Under the pieces are notes generated by a model. It made no database searches. It saw nothing but the letters and a program-made list of their open reading frames with translations, and was not told the origin of the DNA. From assembly GCA_050330635.1 (NCBI GenBank), contig JBHJNQ010000057.1, forward strand, positions 42,570 through 106,569: DNA of 64,000 nt, read 5' to 3'. Made by a program: the position numbers and the translations under genes. The stretch is from Acidimicrobiales bacterium (GTDB lineage Bacteria > Actinomycetota > Acidimicrobiia > Acidimicrobiales > SZUA-35). Shown piece after piece: positions 1 to 10,804 of this stretch (its first letter is position 1; the number at the start of each line of letters is the position of its first letter).

Positions 1-2621
1 GCGAGCAGCCGTCCGAGGCGGACCGTCTCCCCCGCCTGGGCCAGATCGAGCTGACGTCCGATCCCCGGGGTGCGGCCGACCGGGCTGGCCGACCACCGGC
101 CGAGCACGTCGGGGGAGCCGCCGTCGGTCACGGCGTAGTTGATGCCCGACCCGCTGCCGGTGACGTCGATGGGGACGACGCTGGCGTCACCGATCCACAG
201 GACCCGACTTTCCAAATCCTCGCCGGCGTTCTCGGCCAGGAAGTCGGTGAAGGTGACGTAGCTCTGGGTCGGGGTCTCCCATCGTCCGCTCAGGCTCATC
301 TGGATGGCGCCGAGGGAGGCGGCCGCCACCCCGAGCGCTATCAGCGACCGGTTCAGTCGCAGCCAGCGGGGCCGTCCGGCGCCGTCGCCGAGCTCGATGC
401 TGCGAACGGCGATGGCCGAAGCCAGGCTGAAGGCGACGGCCACGGGGGCCAGGACGACCTCGGCCGCCGGCGTACCGAACGGGAGCCAGCCCCGGGCCCC
501 GAACCAGGCCAGGCCCAGCAGGACGAGGGCCGCCACCCAGGCCTGGGTGGCGAGGCCGAACAGCCGGCGGGGGGCCAGGGCCAGACCGAGGAGGGCGACG
601 GCCAGGATCCCGAACGTGAGCACCGACGCCGGGTGGCGGCCGGGTGCAAACAGCAGCAGGTCGAGGAAGGCGCCGGGTCCGGCCTCGGGCGAGCGGGGAC
701 CGACCAGCCAGCGCCATGAGAACGACCGGAACACGTCGTAGCTCCACGGGAGGTGAAGGGCGACGGGGGCCACGACGGCGGCGACGGCGGCGAGGACGAA
801 CTCCTGAGCCCGCGCCCCGTGCCCGACGACGGTGGAGGCGAGGGCGAAGGCGAGGGCGAGGACGGCGGCGACCACCACCACCGACGGAGCGAAGGTGGCG
901 ACGAACGCCACGAGGAAGCCGTAGCGGATGAGCAGCACCGGAAGGCTCCGCACGACCACCCGGAACCCGGGACTGCCCAGCCGGTCGCCGTAGGGGCTGA
1001 CCCCGTCGATACGGAGCAGGGAGCCGAAGAGGAAGGGTGCGGCCCCGTAGACGACAACGGCCTCCCACCGTCCGGCTGACATGGCGGACAGGAGCAGCGG
1101 ACTGGCGGCGTAGAGGGCCGAAGCCACGGCGGCGCTGCGAGCGCTGCCGACCGGCCGGGTCAGCCGGTAGATGCCGACGACACCGATCGCCACCGGACCG
1201 ACGACCAGGAGGTTCTCGAACAGGCCGGGGGCCCAGGAGAAAAGCAGGCGTCCGAGGCCCAGCAGGGGCAGCGCGCTCGGGGGATTGCCGGGCCCACCCG
1301 TTCCCGTGGTTCGCCATCCGCCCCACCATTCACCCAAGAGCTCGCTGGCGCCGGGGACGATCGGGATCTGGCCGACCGCCACGACGCCCCGGGTGAGAAG
1401 GTGGCGGCTGGCGAAGGCGAGGACGAGGGCGACGGCGACGCCGATCACCGTGGCATCGCGCAGGCTCCCGGAGTCCTCGCCCTGGAACGAGGAGCGGATG
1501 GCGCCGAGGAAACCGGAGAAGCGGTCCTGACCGGCGGTGAACTGACCCCGGGAGAAGGTGTTGAGGGCGGCCGAGCCGCTGATCTGGAGGGCCCGGACCT
1601 CCTTGTCGCTTCGTTGCCTGATGGTGCGGAGCGCCCGTCGCCGACGCCGGATGTCGCCGAGGCGGGTCAGGTTCCACCCGATGGCGGCGAACGTGTCGCG
1701 GGCCTGGCCCCGCCGACCCGACAGGAGGTAGTAGATGGCCTCGAGGACGATGAGGAACACCGCCATCGGCACCACGAAGAAGCGTGATCGTCCTGACGAC
1801 GTGACCATCACGGTCCGCAGCCGGTGACGGGTTGACAACTTGGCCCGGTCGCGTGGGCCGAGCCGGCCCTCCATCGACTCACGGTGACGAGCGGAGGCGT
1901 CGGACACGGCCAGAACCCGGGCCCCCACGGCATGGGCCCGCCAGCAGAGGTCGAGGTCCTCGCCCATGAGCGTGATCTCGGGATCGAAGCCGCCGAGAGC
2001 GACGAAGAGGTCGGCTCGTATGAGCTGTACACCGCCGGGGGCGACGAACACGTCGCGCACCGTCTCGTACTGCTCCTGATCGAACTCGCCCCGTTCGACC
2101 TGGTCGACGAGCACCCCGAAGCGGTCGGACCCCATGCCCAACTGGAGGAGCTTGCGGTGGTCGTCCCAGCGCACCATCTTGGGCCCGGCGATCCCGGCGT
2201 TGCGCCGGTAGAGCTCGCCCATCAGGGTCGAAACGCACGTGTCGTCGAGGGCGACGTCGTCGTGGCAGAACAGGAGGAACGGGGATCCGGAGACCAGCTC
2301 GATCGACTGGTTGGCGGCCACGCTCCAGCCGGGATCGCCGCTCAGGCGGTGGAGGTAGGCCTCGGGGAGGACGCTCGCCACCCGATCGGCGATCGGGTCG
2401 GTGCTCCCGGCATCGATGACGAGGACCGAGAGGTTCTCGTAGTCCTGGTCGCCGAGCGACGCCAGCATCTCCTCGAACTGGTCACCGGGGTCGGAGGCGA
2501 CGACGACCGCGACGACGGGAGGCGCCTCGATCGCGACGGTGTCGCCGACCGGGGCGACGTCGGGGTCGGACGCAACCGGGGTCGACCCACGATGGGCCGG
2601 GGCTGCCTTGAGGTCGCTCAC
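1..2621 (-). CDS. Family-2 glycosyltransferase fused to a large polytopic membrane domain; the C-terminus runs off the left edge of the window
   Basis: The frame is open from GTG at 2619-2621 to position 1, with an in-frame TAG just upstream at 2634-2636. It is absent from the ORF track because no stop lies in the window. My translation reads VSDLKAAPAH..PPVVAVVVASDPGDQFEEMLASLGDQDYENLSVLVIDAGSTD..FLLFCHDDVALDD..GEDLDLCWRAH (GT-A type). Many hydrophobic segments follow (FFVVPMAVFLIVLEAIYYLL, VIGVAVALVLAF, LLVVGPVAIGVVGIY, VVVVAAVLALAFALA). The + ORF 1884..2738 and the R/P-rich - ORFs here are shadow frames. Confidence 0.8.
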   Translation of the reverse strand, partial: MSDLKAAPAHRGSTPVASDPDVAPVGDTVAIEAPPVVAVVVASDPGDQFEEMLASLGDQDYENLSVLVIDAGSTDPIADRVASVLPEAYLHRLSGDPGWSVAANQSIELVSGSPFLLFCHDDVALDDTCVSTLMGELYRRNAGIAGPKMVRWDDHRKLLQLGMGSDRFGVLVDQVERGEFDQEQYETVRDVFVAPGGVQLIRADLFVALGGFDPEITLMGEDLDLCWRAHAVGARVLAVSDASARHRESMEGRLGPRDRAKLSTRHRLRTVMVTSSGRSRFFVVPMAVFLIVLEAIYYLLSGRRGQARDTFAAIGWNLTRLGDIRRRRRALRTIRQRSDKEVRALQISGSAALNTFSRGQFTAGQDRFSGFLGAIRSSFQGEDSGSLRDATVIGVAVALVLAFASRHLLTRGVVAVGQIPIVPGASELLGEWWGGWRTTGTGGPGNPPSALPLLGLGRLLFSWAPGLFENLLVVGPVAIGVVGIYRLTRPVGSARSAAVASALYAASPLLLSAMSAGRWEAVVVYGAAPFLFGSLLRIDGVSPYGDRLGSPGFRVVVRSLPVLLIRYGFLVAFVATFAPSVVVVAAVLALAFALASTVVGHGARAQEFVLAAVAAVVAPVALHLPWSYDVFRSFSWRWLVGPRSPEAGPGAFLDLLLFAPGRHPASVLTFGILAVALLGLALAPRRLFGLATQAWVAALVLLGLAWFGARGWLPFGTPAAEVVLAPVAVAFSLASAIAVRSIELGDGAGRPRWLRLNRSLIALGVAAASLGAIQMSLSGRWETPTQSYVTFTDFLAENAGEDLESRVLWIGDASVVPIDVTGSGSGINYAVTDGGSPDVLGRWSASPVGRTPGIGRQLDLAQAGETVRLGRLL

Positions 2622-2745
2622 GAACGCTTGATACTAGTGGATGAACGACCATTGCCGGTCTCATGGGGGTGCGGATCGGCCGGTTGCCCGGCCGGTACAA
2701 TTCCGACGATGCAGCTCGTCGGAGGCAAAGGACCGTGATCCCCGC

Positions 2746-3651
2746 ATGAAAGCCCTCGTGACCGGGGCGGGTGGGTTCGTGGGCCCCCATCTCGTCGAGC
2801 ATCTCCTCGCCGCCGGCGACGAGATCTGCGCCCTCGATCTCGCCACGGGCCCCGACCTGGCCGACGGCGAGGGCTGGATGGAACGTCTCCAGACCGAGCG
2901 CCCGGACGCCGTTTACCACCTCGCCGGGTGGAGCGACGTCGGTGCTTCGTGGCAGGCTCCGATCGAGACGTTCCGGGTCAACGCCCTGGGCACGATGTCG
3001 GTGCTCGAGGCGGCGGTCGAAGCCAAGGTGGGCCGGGTCCTGATCGTCAGCAGCGCCGACGTCTACGGGCGGGTCGACGTCGCCGACCTGCCCCTCACCG
3101 AGGATCAGCCGCCCCGGCCCCGCTCACCGTACGGGGTGTCGAAGCAGGCGGCCGAGGCGCTCGGTCTCCAGTACCACCGGGCGCACGATCTCGAGGTCGT
3201 GATCGTCCGCCCGTTCAACCATGTGGGGCCCGGTCAGAGCACCCGTTTCGCCGCCTCCGCCTTCGCCGCCCAGATCGCCGAGGCCGAGCGCAACGGTGGT
3301 GGCACCGTCGTCCACGGCGACCTGACGGCGGCCCGTGACCTCACCGACGTGCGCGACGTGGTGCGGGCCTACCGGCTCCTCGTCGAGTACGGCGCGCCGG
3401 GCCAGATCTACAATGTGTGTTCCGGGGTGGCCACCACGATGCAGGACATGCTCGACGCACTGATCGCCGAGGCCTCGGTCCCGATCACCACCCAGGTCGA
3501 CCCTGCCCGCCTGCGCCCCGTGGAACTGCCGATCCTCCAGGGCTCGCCGGCAAAGCTGGAAGCATCCACAGGGTGGACGAGGAGCGTGCCGCTGGAGCGG
3601 ACGTTGCGCGACGTCCTCGACGACGCCCGTTTCCCGGCCGCCACGGCCTGA
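2746..3651 (+). CDS. rmd: GDP-4-dehydro-6-deoxy-D-mannose reductase (Rmd-like SDR; GDP-D-rhamnose forming)
   Basis: Internal ATG at 2746 (MKALVTGAGGFVGPHL). Motifs are YGVSK (YxxxK), RPFNHVGPGQ, IYNVCSG, DPARLRP and TGW, collinear with Pseudomonas Rmd as I recall it. The gene lies directly upstream of gmd. The first 35 aa of listed ORF 2641..3651 look non-coding. Confidence 0.7.
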   Translation: MKALVTGAGGFVGPHLVEHLLAAGDEICALDLATGPDLADGEGWMERLQTERPDAVYHLAGWSDVGASWQAPIETFRVNALGTMSVLEAAVEAKVGRVLIVSSADVYGRVDVADLPLTEDQPPRPRSPYGVSKQAAEALGLQYHRAHDLEVVIVRPFNHVGPGQSTRFAASAFAAQIAEAERNGGGTVVHGDLTAARDLTDVRDVVRAYRLLVEYGAPGQIYNVCSGVATTMQDMLDALIAEASVPITTQVDPARLRPVELPILQGSPAKLEASTGWTRSVPLERTLRDVLDDARFPAATA

Positions 3652-4686
<1,035 letters not shown>

Positions 4687-4687
4687 A

Positions 4688-5617
4688 ATGGGCGTGGCGG
4701 TCATCTGCGGCGGGGTCGGCGCGGCCCGGCTGCTGACCGGGCTCCAACGGGTTGTCGAGCCGGCGGCGATCACGGCGATCGCCAACGTGGGCGACGACCT
4801 CGAGCTCCACGGCCTCCACGTCTCACCCGACCTCGACACGATCACCTACACCGCCGCCGGCGCCGCGAGCGCCGAGCGGGGATGGGGTCTCGAGGGCGAG
4901 TCATGGCAGGCGATGGCCATGGTGGGTCGTTACGGGGGCGTCGACTGGTTCAGCCTCGGTGACCGCGATCTGGGCACCCACCTCTACCGGACCCAGCGCC
5001 TGAGCGACGGGGCGACGCTGTCGGAGGTGACGGCCGAGATCGCCGCTTCCTGGGGCCTGGGCTTCCGCCTGCTCCCCGTTACCGACGACCGGCTCCGGAC
5101 GCTGGTGACCACGGTCGACGAGGGCGAGATCACCTTCCAGGAGTACTTCGTCCGCCGCCAGCACGACGTGGCCGTCACTGCGATCCGCTTCGACGGGGCG
5201 GCCGATGCCACGCCGGCGCCCGGGGTCATGGCCGCCATCGCCGGCGCCGGGCGCGTCATCGTCGCTCCGTCGAACCCCGCCGTGTCGATCGACCCGGTGC
5301 TCGCGGTGCCCGGGCTGCGGGAGGCGCTGGCGGCGCGGCGCCCCGACGTGGTGGCGGTGTCGCCCATCGTGGGCGGCAGGGCGCTGAAGGGACCGGCCGA
5401 CCGGCTGATGACCGAGCTCGGACGGCAGGCCACCGTGGTCGGGGTGGCCGAGTGGTACCGGGACGTGGTCGGGACGCTGGTCATCGACGACGTCGACGGC
5501 GGACACCGGGCCGCCATCGAGGCCCTCGGCCTCGACGTGGTCGTGATGCCGACGATCATGAGCGACCCGGATGTCACCGACCGCCTGGCCGCGGTGTGCG
5601 CCGGCCTCCCCGGCTGA
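4688..5617 (+). CDS. cofD: 2-phospho-L-lactate (or EPPG) transferase of F420 biosynthesis (CofD/FbiA)
   Basis: Motifs are ICGGVGAARLL, DWFSLGDRDLGTHLYRT, APSNPAVSIDPVL and SPIVGG. The ATG lies one nucleotide after the gmd stop (TGA-A-ATG at 4684-4690). Confidence 0.88.
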   Translation: MGVAVICGGVGAARLLTGLQRVVEPAAITAIANVGDDLELHGLHVSPDLDTITYTAAGAASAERGWGLEGESWQAMAMVGRYGGVDWFSLGDRDLGTHLYRTQRLSDGATLSEVTAEIAASWGLGFRLLPVTDDRLRTLVTTVDEGEITFQEYFVRRQHDVAVTAIRFDGAADATPAPGVMAAIAGAGRVIVAPSNPAVSIDPVLAVPGLREALAARRPDVVAVSPIVGGRALKGPADRLMTELGRQATVVGVAEWYRDVVGTLVIDDVDGGHRAAIEALGLDVVVMPTIMSDPDVTDRLAAVCAGLPG

Positions 5618-5674
5618 GCCACCGGCCGTCGTGGCGGCGGCGCCCACGCGCCCGGCGTCGGACGACCTCCTAGG

Positions 5675-6394
5675 ATGAGCGATATGCGCAGCCTCACGAT
5701 CATTCCGGTGCCCGGCCTGCCCGAGGTCCGGCCCGGCGATGACCTGGCCCGCTTCGTCATCGACGCCTGCTCCGATGCATGCGGGATCGAGCACCACGAC
5801 GTGCTGGTCGTGTCCCAGAAGGTGGTGTCGAAGGCCGAGGGGCGCCTCGTCACCGTCGACCCCGACGATCCCCAGTCGCACAAGCCACTGGTCGTGGCCG
5901 AATCCGCCCGCATCATCCGCCGCCGGGGCGACCTCATCATCAGCGAGACCCATCACGGCTTCGTCTGTGCCAGCGCCGGTATCGACCGTTCCAACGTCGC
6001 CCCCGACATCGCCGCCCTCCTTCCCGAGGATTCCGACCGTTCGGCCCGCCGCCTGCGCGACGCCATCCGGGGTCGGGTCGGCGTCGAGGTCGGGGTCATC
6101 GTGGCCGACACGTTCGGTCGACCGTGGCGCCGGGGCCTGACCGATGTGGCCATCGGCTGCGCCGGCATCAAGCCCATCCTCGACCTGCGGGGCACCGACG
6201 ACGCCGTCGGCCGGGAGCTCCAGGTCACCGAGGTGTGCATCGTCGACGAGTTGGCGGGAGCGGCCGAGCTGGTCCGGGGCAAGGCCACCGGCATCGCCGT
6301 CGCCGTGATCCGCGGCGTCGACGACGCCTGGTTCGGTGAGGGCGGCGTCGTGGCCGACATCGTCCGCCAACCCAGTGAGGATCTCTTCCGTTGA
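5675..6394 (+). CDS. cofE: Coenzyme F420-0:L-glutamate ligase (CofE), stand-alone single-domain form
   Basis: Motifs are VVSQKVVSKAEGR, GFVCASAGIDRSN, ADTFGRPWRRG and ELAGAAELVRGK. At 239 aa it has no C-terminal nitroreductase-like domain. Confidence 0.85.
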   Translation: MSDMRSLTIIPVPGLPEVRPGDDLARFVIDACSDACGIEHHDVLVVSQKVVSKAEGRLVTVDPDDPQSHKPLVVAESARIIRRRGDLIISETHHGFVCASAGIDRSNVAPDIAALLPEDSDRSARRLRDAIRGRVGVEVGVIVADTFGRPWRRGLTDVAIGCAGIKPILDLRGTDDAVGRELQVTEVCIVDELAGAAELVRGKATGIAVAVIRGVDDAWFGEGGVVADIVRQPSEDLFR

Positions 6395-6401
6395 GCGGCC
6401 G

Positions 6402-8951
6402 ATGACCGACGCCGCCCTACCGCCCCTCGTTCGCCACCTTCCTCCCGTCCCCGACCCCGACGCCCTCCTCGACGGCTTCGTCGACTTCGTCACCGAGACC
6501 GGGATCTCGCTCTACGAGGCCCAGGAAACGGCGATCCTCGAGCTGCTGGCCGGGAACAACGTCATCCTCAACACCCCCACCGGTTCCGGCAAGTCGCTGG
6601 TGGCGGCCGCCGCCCACTACGTGGCCCTGGCCGACGGTCGACGCAGTGTGTACACGGCCCCGATCAAGGCCCTGGTGTCGGAGAAGTTCTTCGCCCTGTG
6701 CCGCGACTTCGGACCCGAGCGGGTGGGCATGATCACGGGCGACGCCAGGGTCAACCCCGATGCCCCCATCATCTGCTGCACCGCGGAGATCCTGGCCAAC
6801 TGGGCGCTCCGCGACGGCACCGACGCCGACGTCGACGTCGTCATCGCCGACGAGTTCCACTTCTACGCCGACCCCCAGCGGGGCTGGGCGTGGCAGGTGC
6901 CCCTCCTCCAGCTCGGACACTGCCAGTTCCTGCTGATGTCGGCCACGCTCGGGCCCACCCAGCTGTTCGAACGCGACCTGACGGAGCGGACCGGTCGTCC
7001 CACCACGCTCGTCACGTCGGCGCAGCGTCCCGTCCCCCTCGAGTTCGAGTACCGCCGGACCACCCTCCACCAGTCGATCTCCGACCTGTTGGAGAGCGAA
7101 CGCTCACCCATCTACCTCGTCCACTTCACCCAGCGGGAGGCGACCGAGGCGGCCCAGGGCTACCTGTCGCTCGACCCCCTGTCGAAGACCGAGAAGGACC
7201 TGGTCAAGGCGGCCATCGGCGGGTTCCGCTTCGACTCCCCCATCGGCAAGGACCTTCGTCGCTACGTGCTGGGCGGCATCGGTGTCCACCACGCCGGGCT
7301 CCTGCCCAAGTACCGGCTCCTGGTGGAGAAGCTGGCCCAGGAGGGCCTGCTCAAGATCATCTGCGGTACCGACACGCTCGGGGTGGGGGTCAACGTGCCG
7401 ATCCGCTCGGTGCTGTTCACCCAGTTGTGCAAGTACGACGGCTCGACGACCAGGACCCTCACCAACCGGGAGTTCGCCCAGATCGCGGGCCGGGCCGGCC
7501 GCAAGGGTTTCGACTCCATCGGCTACGTGTGGGCCCAGGCCCCGCCCCACGTGGTCGACAACGAGCGGGCCGAGCAGAAGGCGGCCGACGCCGCCGCCAG
7601 CGGCAAACGGAAGAAGGTGGTCAAGAAGAAGCCACCCGACCGGGGCTATTCCCACTGGGACGAGGCGACGTTCGACAAGATGGTCGGGGGACGACCCGAG
7701 CCGTTGGTCAGCTCGTTCCGGGTCAACCACCAGATGATCCTGACCCTCCTCGACCGCCCGGGGGACGGCTGCGCCGCCGTCCGCCGTCTCGTGACCGACA
7801 ACCACGAGACCCGGGCCCGCCAGCGCAACCACATCCGCCGTGCGATCGCCATCTACCGGTCGCTCCTCGGCGCCGAGCTGCTGGAGATCCTCGACGAGCC
7901 CGACGACGAGGGGCGCCTGGTCCGGGTGATGCTCGATCTCCAGGACGAGTTCGCCCTCCACCAACCCCTGTCGCTGTGGGCGCTGGAAGCCATCGGCCAA
8001 CTGGATCGCGACGATCCCGACCACGCCCTGCGGGTCCTCACCGTGATCGAGTCGGTCCTCGAGACCCCGGGCGTGGTGATCGCGGCCCAGGTCGACCTGG
8101 CCAGACGCGAGCTGCTGGGCCGGCTCAAGTCCGAAGGCGTCGAGTACGAGGAGCGGATGGAGCGGTTGGCCAAGGTGGAGCCGCCCCGCCCCGACAAGGA
8201 GTGGCTCTACGACTCGTTCGACGCCTTCCGGGTCCGTCATCCGTGGGTCGGGTCCGACAACGTCGCCCCCAAGTCGATCGCCCGCGACCTGTTCGAACAG
8301 GTTATGACGTTCACCGAGTTCATCCAGCACTACGGCCTCAAGCGCTCGGAGGGCGTGGTGCTGCGCTACCTGTCCGACGCCTACAAGGCCCTCGTCCAGA
8401 ACATCCCCGACGAGGACAAGACCGACGACGTGCTCGATGTCACCGAATGGCTGGGCGAGATCGTGCGGCAGGTCGACTCCAGCCTGCTCGACGAGTGGGA
8501 GCGGCTACGGAACCCCGATCCGGTCGTCGCCGTCGAAGCCGTCCATCCCCAGCTCAGAACCGACGACGGGGGTCGACCAGCAGTCACCGCCAACCGTCGG
8601 GCGTTCACCGTCATGGTTCGCAACGAGGCCTTCCGGTGGATCGAGCTCCTGTCCCGGCGCCGGATCACCGCCCTCCCGTTGGACGACGGCGAGCGGGCTG
8701 CGGTCGAGGCGGCCATGGCCCACTACTGGGACGAGTTCGACTCGATCGCCATCGATGCCGACGCCCGCAGCGCCCGCTACTTCCACTACGACCACGACCG
8801 GCGCCGGCTGACCCAGATCCTCCACGACCCGGACGGTGCCGACGAGTGGCGCCTGCGGGCCACCGTCGACCTCGAGGCCTCGGCCCGGGAGGGCAAGGCC
8901 GTGCTGGCCGGTGCGTCGGTCATCCGGGCCGGTGACGAGCACGTGGGCTGA
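6402..8951 (+). CDS. Ski2-like DEAD/DEAH-box helicase with a long C-terminal extension (DUF3516-type architecture)
   Basis: Internal ATG at 6402 (MTDAALPP), 8 nt after the cofE stop. Helicase motifs are TPTGSGKS (Walker A), ADEFHF (DExH), MSATLG, HHAGLLP and QIAGRAGRKG. A C-terminal region of about 450 aa follows. Confidence 0.85.
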   Translation: MTDAALPPLVRHLPPVPDPDALLDGFVDFVTETGISLYEAQETAILELLAGNNVILNTPTGSGKSLVAAAAHYVALADGRRSVYTAPIKALVSEKFFALCRDFGPERVGMITGDARVNPDAPIICCTAEILANWALRDGTDADVDVVIADEFHFYADPQRGWAWQVPLLQLGHCQFLLMSATLGPTQLFERDLTERTGRPTTLVTSAQRPVPLEFEYRRTTLHQSISDLLESERSPIYLVHFTQREATEAAQGYLSLDPLSKTEKDLVKAAIGGFRFDSPIGKDLRRYVLGGIGVHHAGLLPKYRLLVEKLAQEGLLKIICGTDTLGVGVNVPIRSVLFTQLCKYDGSTTRTLTNREFAQIAGRAGRKGFDSIGYVWAQAPPHVVDNERAEQKAADAAASGKRKKVVKKKPPDRGYSHWDEATFDKMVGGRPEPLVSSFRVNHQMILTLLDRPGDGCAAVRRLVTDNHETRARQRNHIRRAIAIYRSLLGAELLEILDEPDDEGRLVRVMLDLQDEFALHQPLSLWALEAIGQLDRDDPDHALRVLTVIESVLETPGVVIAAQVDLARRELLGRLKSEGVEYEERMERLAKVEPPRPDKEWLYDSFDAFRVRHPWVGSDNVAPKSIARDLFEQVMTFTEFIQHYGLKRSEGVVLRYLSDAYKALVQNIPDEDKTDDVLDVTEWLGEIVRQVDSSLLDEWERLRNPDPVVAVEAVHPQLRTDDGGRPAVTANRRAFTVMVRNEAFRWIELLSRRRITALPLDDGERAAVEAAMAHYWDEFDSIAIDADARSARYFHYDHDRRRLTQILHDPDGADEWRLRATVDLEASAREGKAVLAGASVIRAGDEHVG

Positions 8952-9003
8952 CGACGGTGGGAGCCAACGGCGACCGAATCGGTCGGATCGGCCGGCGGGG
9001 GCG

Positions 9004-9486
9004 TCAGGTGTGCTCGCTCGGCGGGGCCGACGGTTCGGTCTCGACGCCGAGGACGGCGTTGATGCGGCTACTGGAATCGGCCTTCTCCGACCCCCCGATG
9101 CCGTAGCGCATCTCGATGCCCTTGGCTTCGCACACCGGCGCCTCGGGCACGAAACCGGGGGCCCGATCGCCACCATTGGCGAACACCAGCCGGTACTGAT
9201 CGCCGTACTTCTCGGCCGCCAAGGTCAGGGAGGCCGACACCGTGCGGTCTTCATCGACGGCGATGAACGCCTCGTCGACCGGCCGCAAGGCCTGGATTAT
9301 CCGGAGCCGATCCTGTTCGTCCATGATGATCTGGCCCTTCTTCAGCAACTGCTGGGCGTTGTTGTTGACGATCACGATGAGCCGATCACCGAGGGCGGCG
9401 GCGGCTTCGATCATGTCGAGGTGTCCGATGTGGAGCGGGCTGAAGAAGCCGCTGACGATCGTTGCTGTTGGACGTTCCATGCTCAC
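9004..9486 (-). CDS. Cytidylyl/adenylyl-transferase family nucleotidyltransferase (sugar- or polyol-phosphate activating)
   Basis: SGFFSPLHIGHLDMIEAA is an HxGH motif. LIVIVNNN and GGDR..SSSRI give a layout like TagD or RfaE-domain-II enzymes. Confidence 0.65.
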   Translation of the reverse strand: MSMERPTATIVSGFFSPLHIGHLDMIEAAAALGDRLIVIVNNNAQQLLKKGQIIMDEQDRLRIIQALRPVDEAFIAVDEDRTVSASLTLAAEKYGDQYRLVFANGGDRAPGFVPEAPVCEAKGIEMRYGIGGSEKADSSSRINAVLGVETEPSAPPSEHT

Positions 9487-9539
9487 GTTTCAGTTGCGGG
9501 ACCGCCGCCAACTGTAGCCGCTGCGCCCGCCACCACTGC

Positions 9540-10787
9540 TCACCCGGGGCCGCCACCAGAGCGGGCGACCAGCTCGGTGAAGAGACGCTCGTAGCTCGAA
9601 GCCTGGTGCTCGGGCGTCATCCAGTTCTCGACGAAGCGGCGGGCCCGCTGCCCCATCGCCGCCACCCCCGCCGGGTCGTCGAGCATCGACGCCAGGGCGG
9701 TCAGGAACGCTTCGGGGTCCTCGGGCGGCACCGAGACCCCGGCGTCGGCGCGGGCCAGCACCTGCGTCACCTCGCTCCCCTCGTCGATGCTGGCCAACAC
9801 GGCGCGGCCCGCCGCCAGGTTGGCGTACAGCTTCGACGGGGTGCTGGAGCGAGCCAGGCCCCGCTTCAGCAGGATCAGCTGGATGTCGGCCGCTCCCAGC
9901 ACGTCGCTGATCTCGTGGCGGGGCGCGAACTCGGCCACGGTGACGTTGTCGAGAGCGGCGGCCCACCGGTCGACCTCCGGCCGAGCCGCCCCCTCGCCGT
10001 TGACGACGAAGTGGACATCGGAGTGGTCACGCCACCGCTCGGCCGCCTGGCGGATCAGCTCGAAGGGCTGGGACAGTCCGACATTGCCGCAGTACATGAC
10101 GACGGTCTTGCCCTCGAGGCGGTGGCGCCGCCGGTAGCCGTTCTCCAACTCGACGCGGTGGATGCGGTCGAGGTCGACGAAGTTGTGGATGATGTGCACC
10201 TTGTCGCCGTTGGCGGGGGCAACCTTGGCCCGAACGTTGCCCGCCTGGTCCTCCGAGAGGACGGTGATGGCATCGGCTCGGCGGTAGAGCGATCGTTCGT
10301 GGCGCCGGGCGGCGTCGATGACGCGGGGGTTGGTCAACGCCCCGAGATCGACGGCGACGTCGGGGAAGATGTCCTGGGTGTTGAACACGAACGGAACACC
10401 CCACCGTTTGGCCACGATCCAGGCGGCGTCGCCGAGGAAGACGGGAGGCGACATGGCCATGACCAGGTCGTGACGGCCGACGGTGAGGGCGGCGGCCGCC
10501 GCCAGGCCGGTGAACCCGGCGAAACCGACGGCCCGGGCCACGATGTTCGTCTTGTCGGTGGGGAACGGCCACACCCGCACGATCCGCCCCCACGGGGTGC
10601 GCTCGACCCGCCATGGCCGACCCCGCCACTCGGGCTCGACGTCGTGGTCGCGGTACCAGGGCAGGGATGTCACGATGCTCAGCTGGTGGCCCCGCTCGGC
10701 CAGGTTGGTGGCCAGCGTGGTCATGACCTCGCCCGTGGCGGCGTGGAGGTCGGGGGCGAAATGGGGGCAGAGGACGAGCAACCGCAT
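9540..10787 (-). CDS. GT4 glycosyltransferase (WcaI/WbuB-like)
   Basis: Real start is ATG at 10787 (MRLLVLCPHFAPDLHAATGEV). The C-terminal Rossmann half has VMYCGNVG and STPSKLYANLAAGRAVL. The upstream 320 aa of listed ORF 9540..11750 are R-rich and overlap the next GT4 in another frame. Confidence 0.85.
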   Translation of the reverse strand: MRLLVLCPHFAPDLHAATGEVMTTLATNLAERGHQLSIVTSLPWYRDHDVEPEWRGRPWRVERTPWGRIVRVWPFPTDKTNIVARAVGFAGFTGLAAAAALTVGRHDLVMAMSPPVFLGDAAWIVAKRWGVPFVFNTQDIFPDVAVDLGALTNPRVIDAARRHERSLYRRADAITVLSEDQAGNVRAKVAPANGDKVHIIHNFVDLDRIHRVELENGYRRRHRLEGKTVVMYCGNVGLSQPFELIRQAAERWRDHSDVHFVVNGEGAARPEVDRWAAALDNVTVAEFAPRHEISDVLGAADIQLILLKRGLARSSTPSKLYANLAAGRAVLASIDEGSEVTQVLARADAGVSVPPEDPEAFLTALASMLDDPAGVAAMGQRARRFVENWMTPEHQASSYERLFTELVARSGGGPG

Positions 10788-10804
10788 CGGTGGGGCGGGT
10801 CCGT

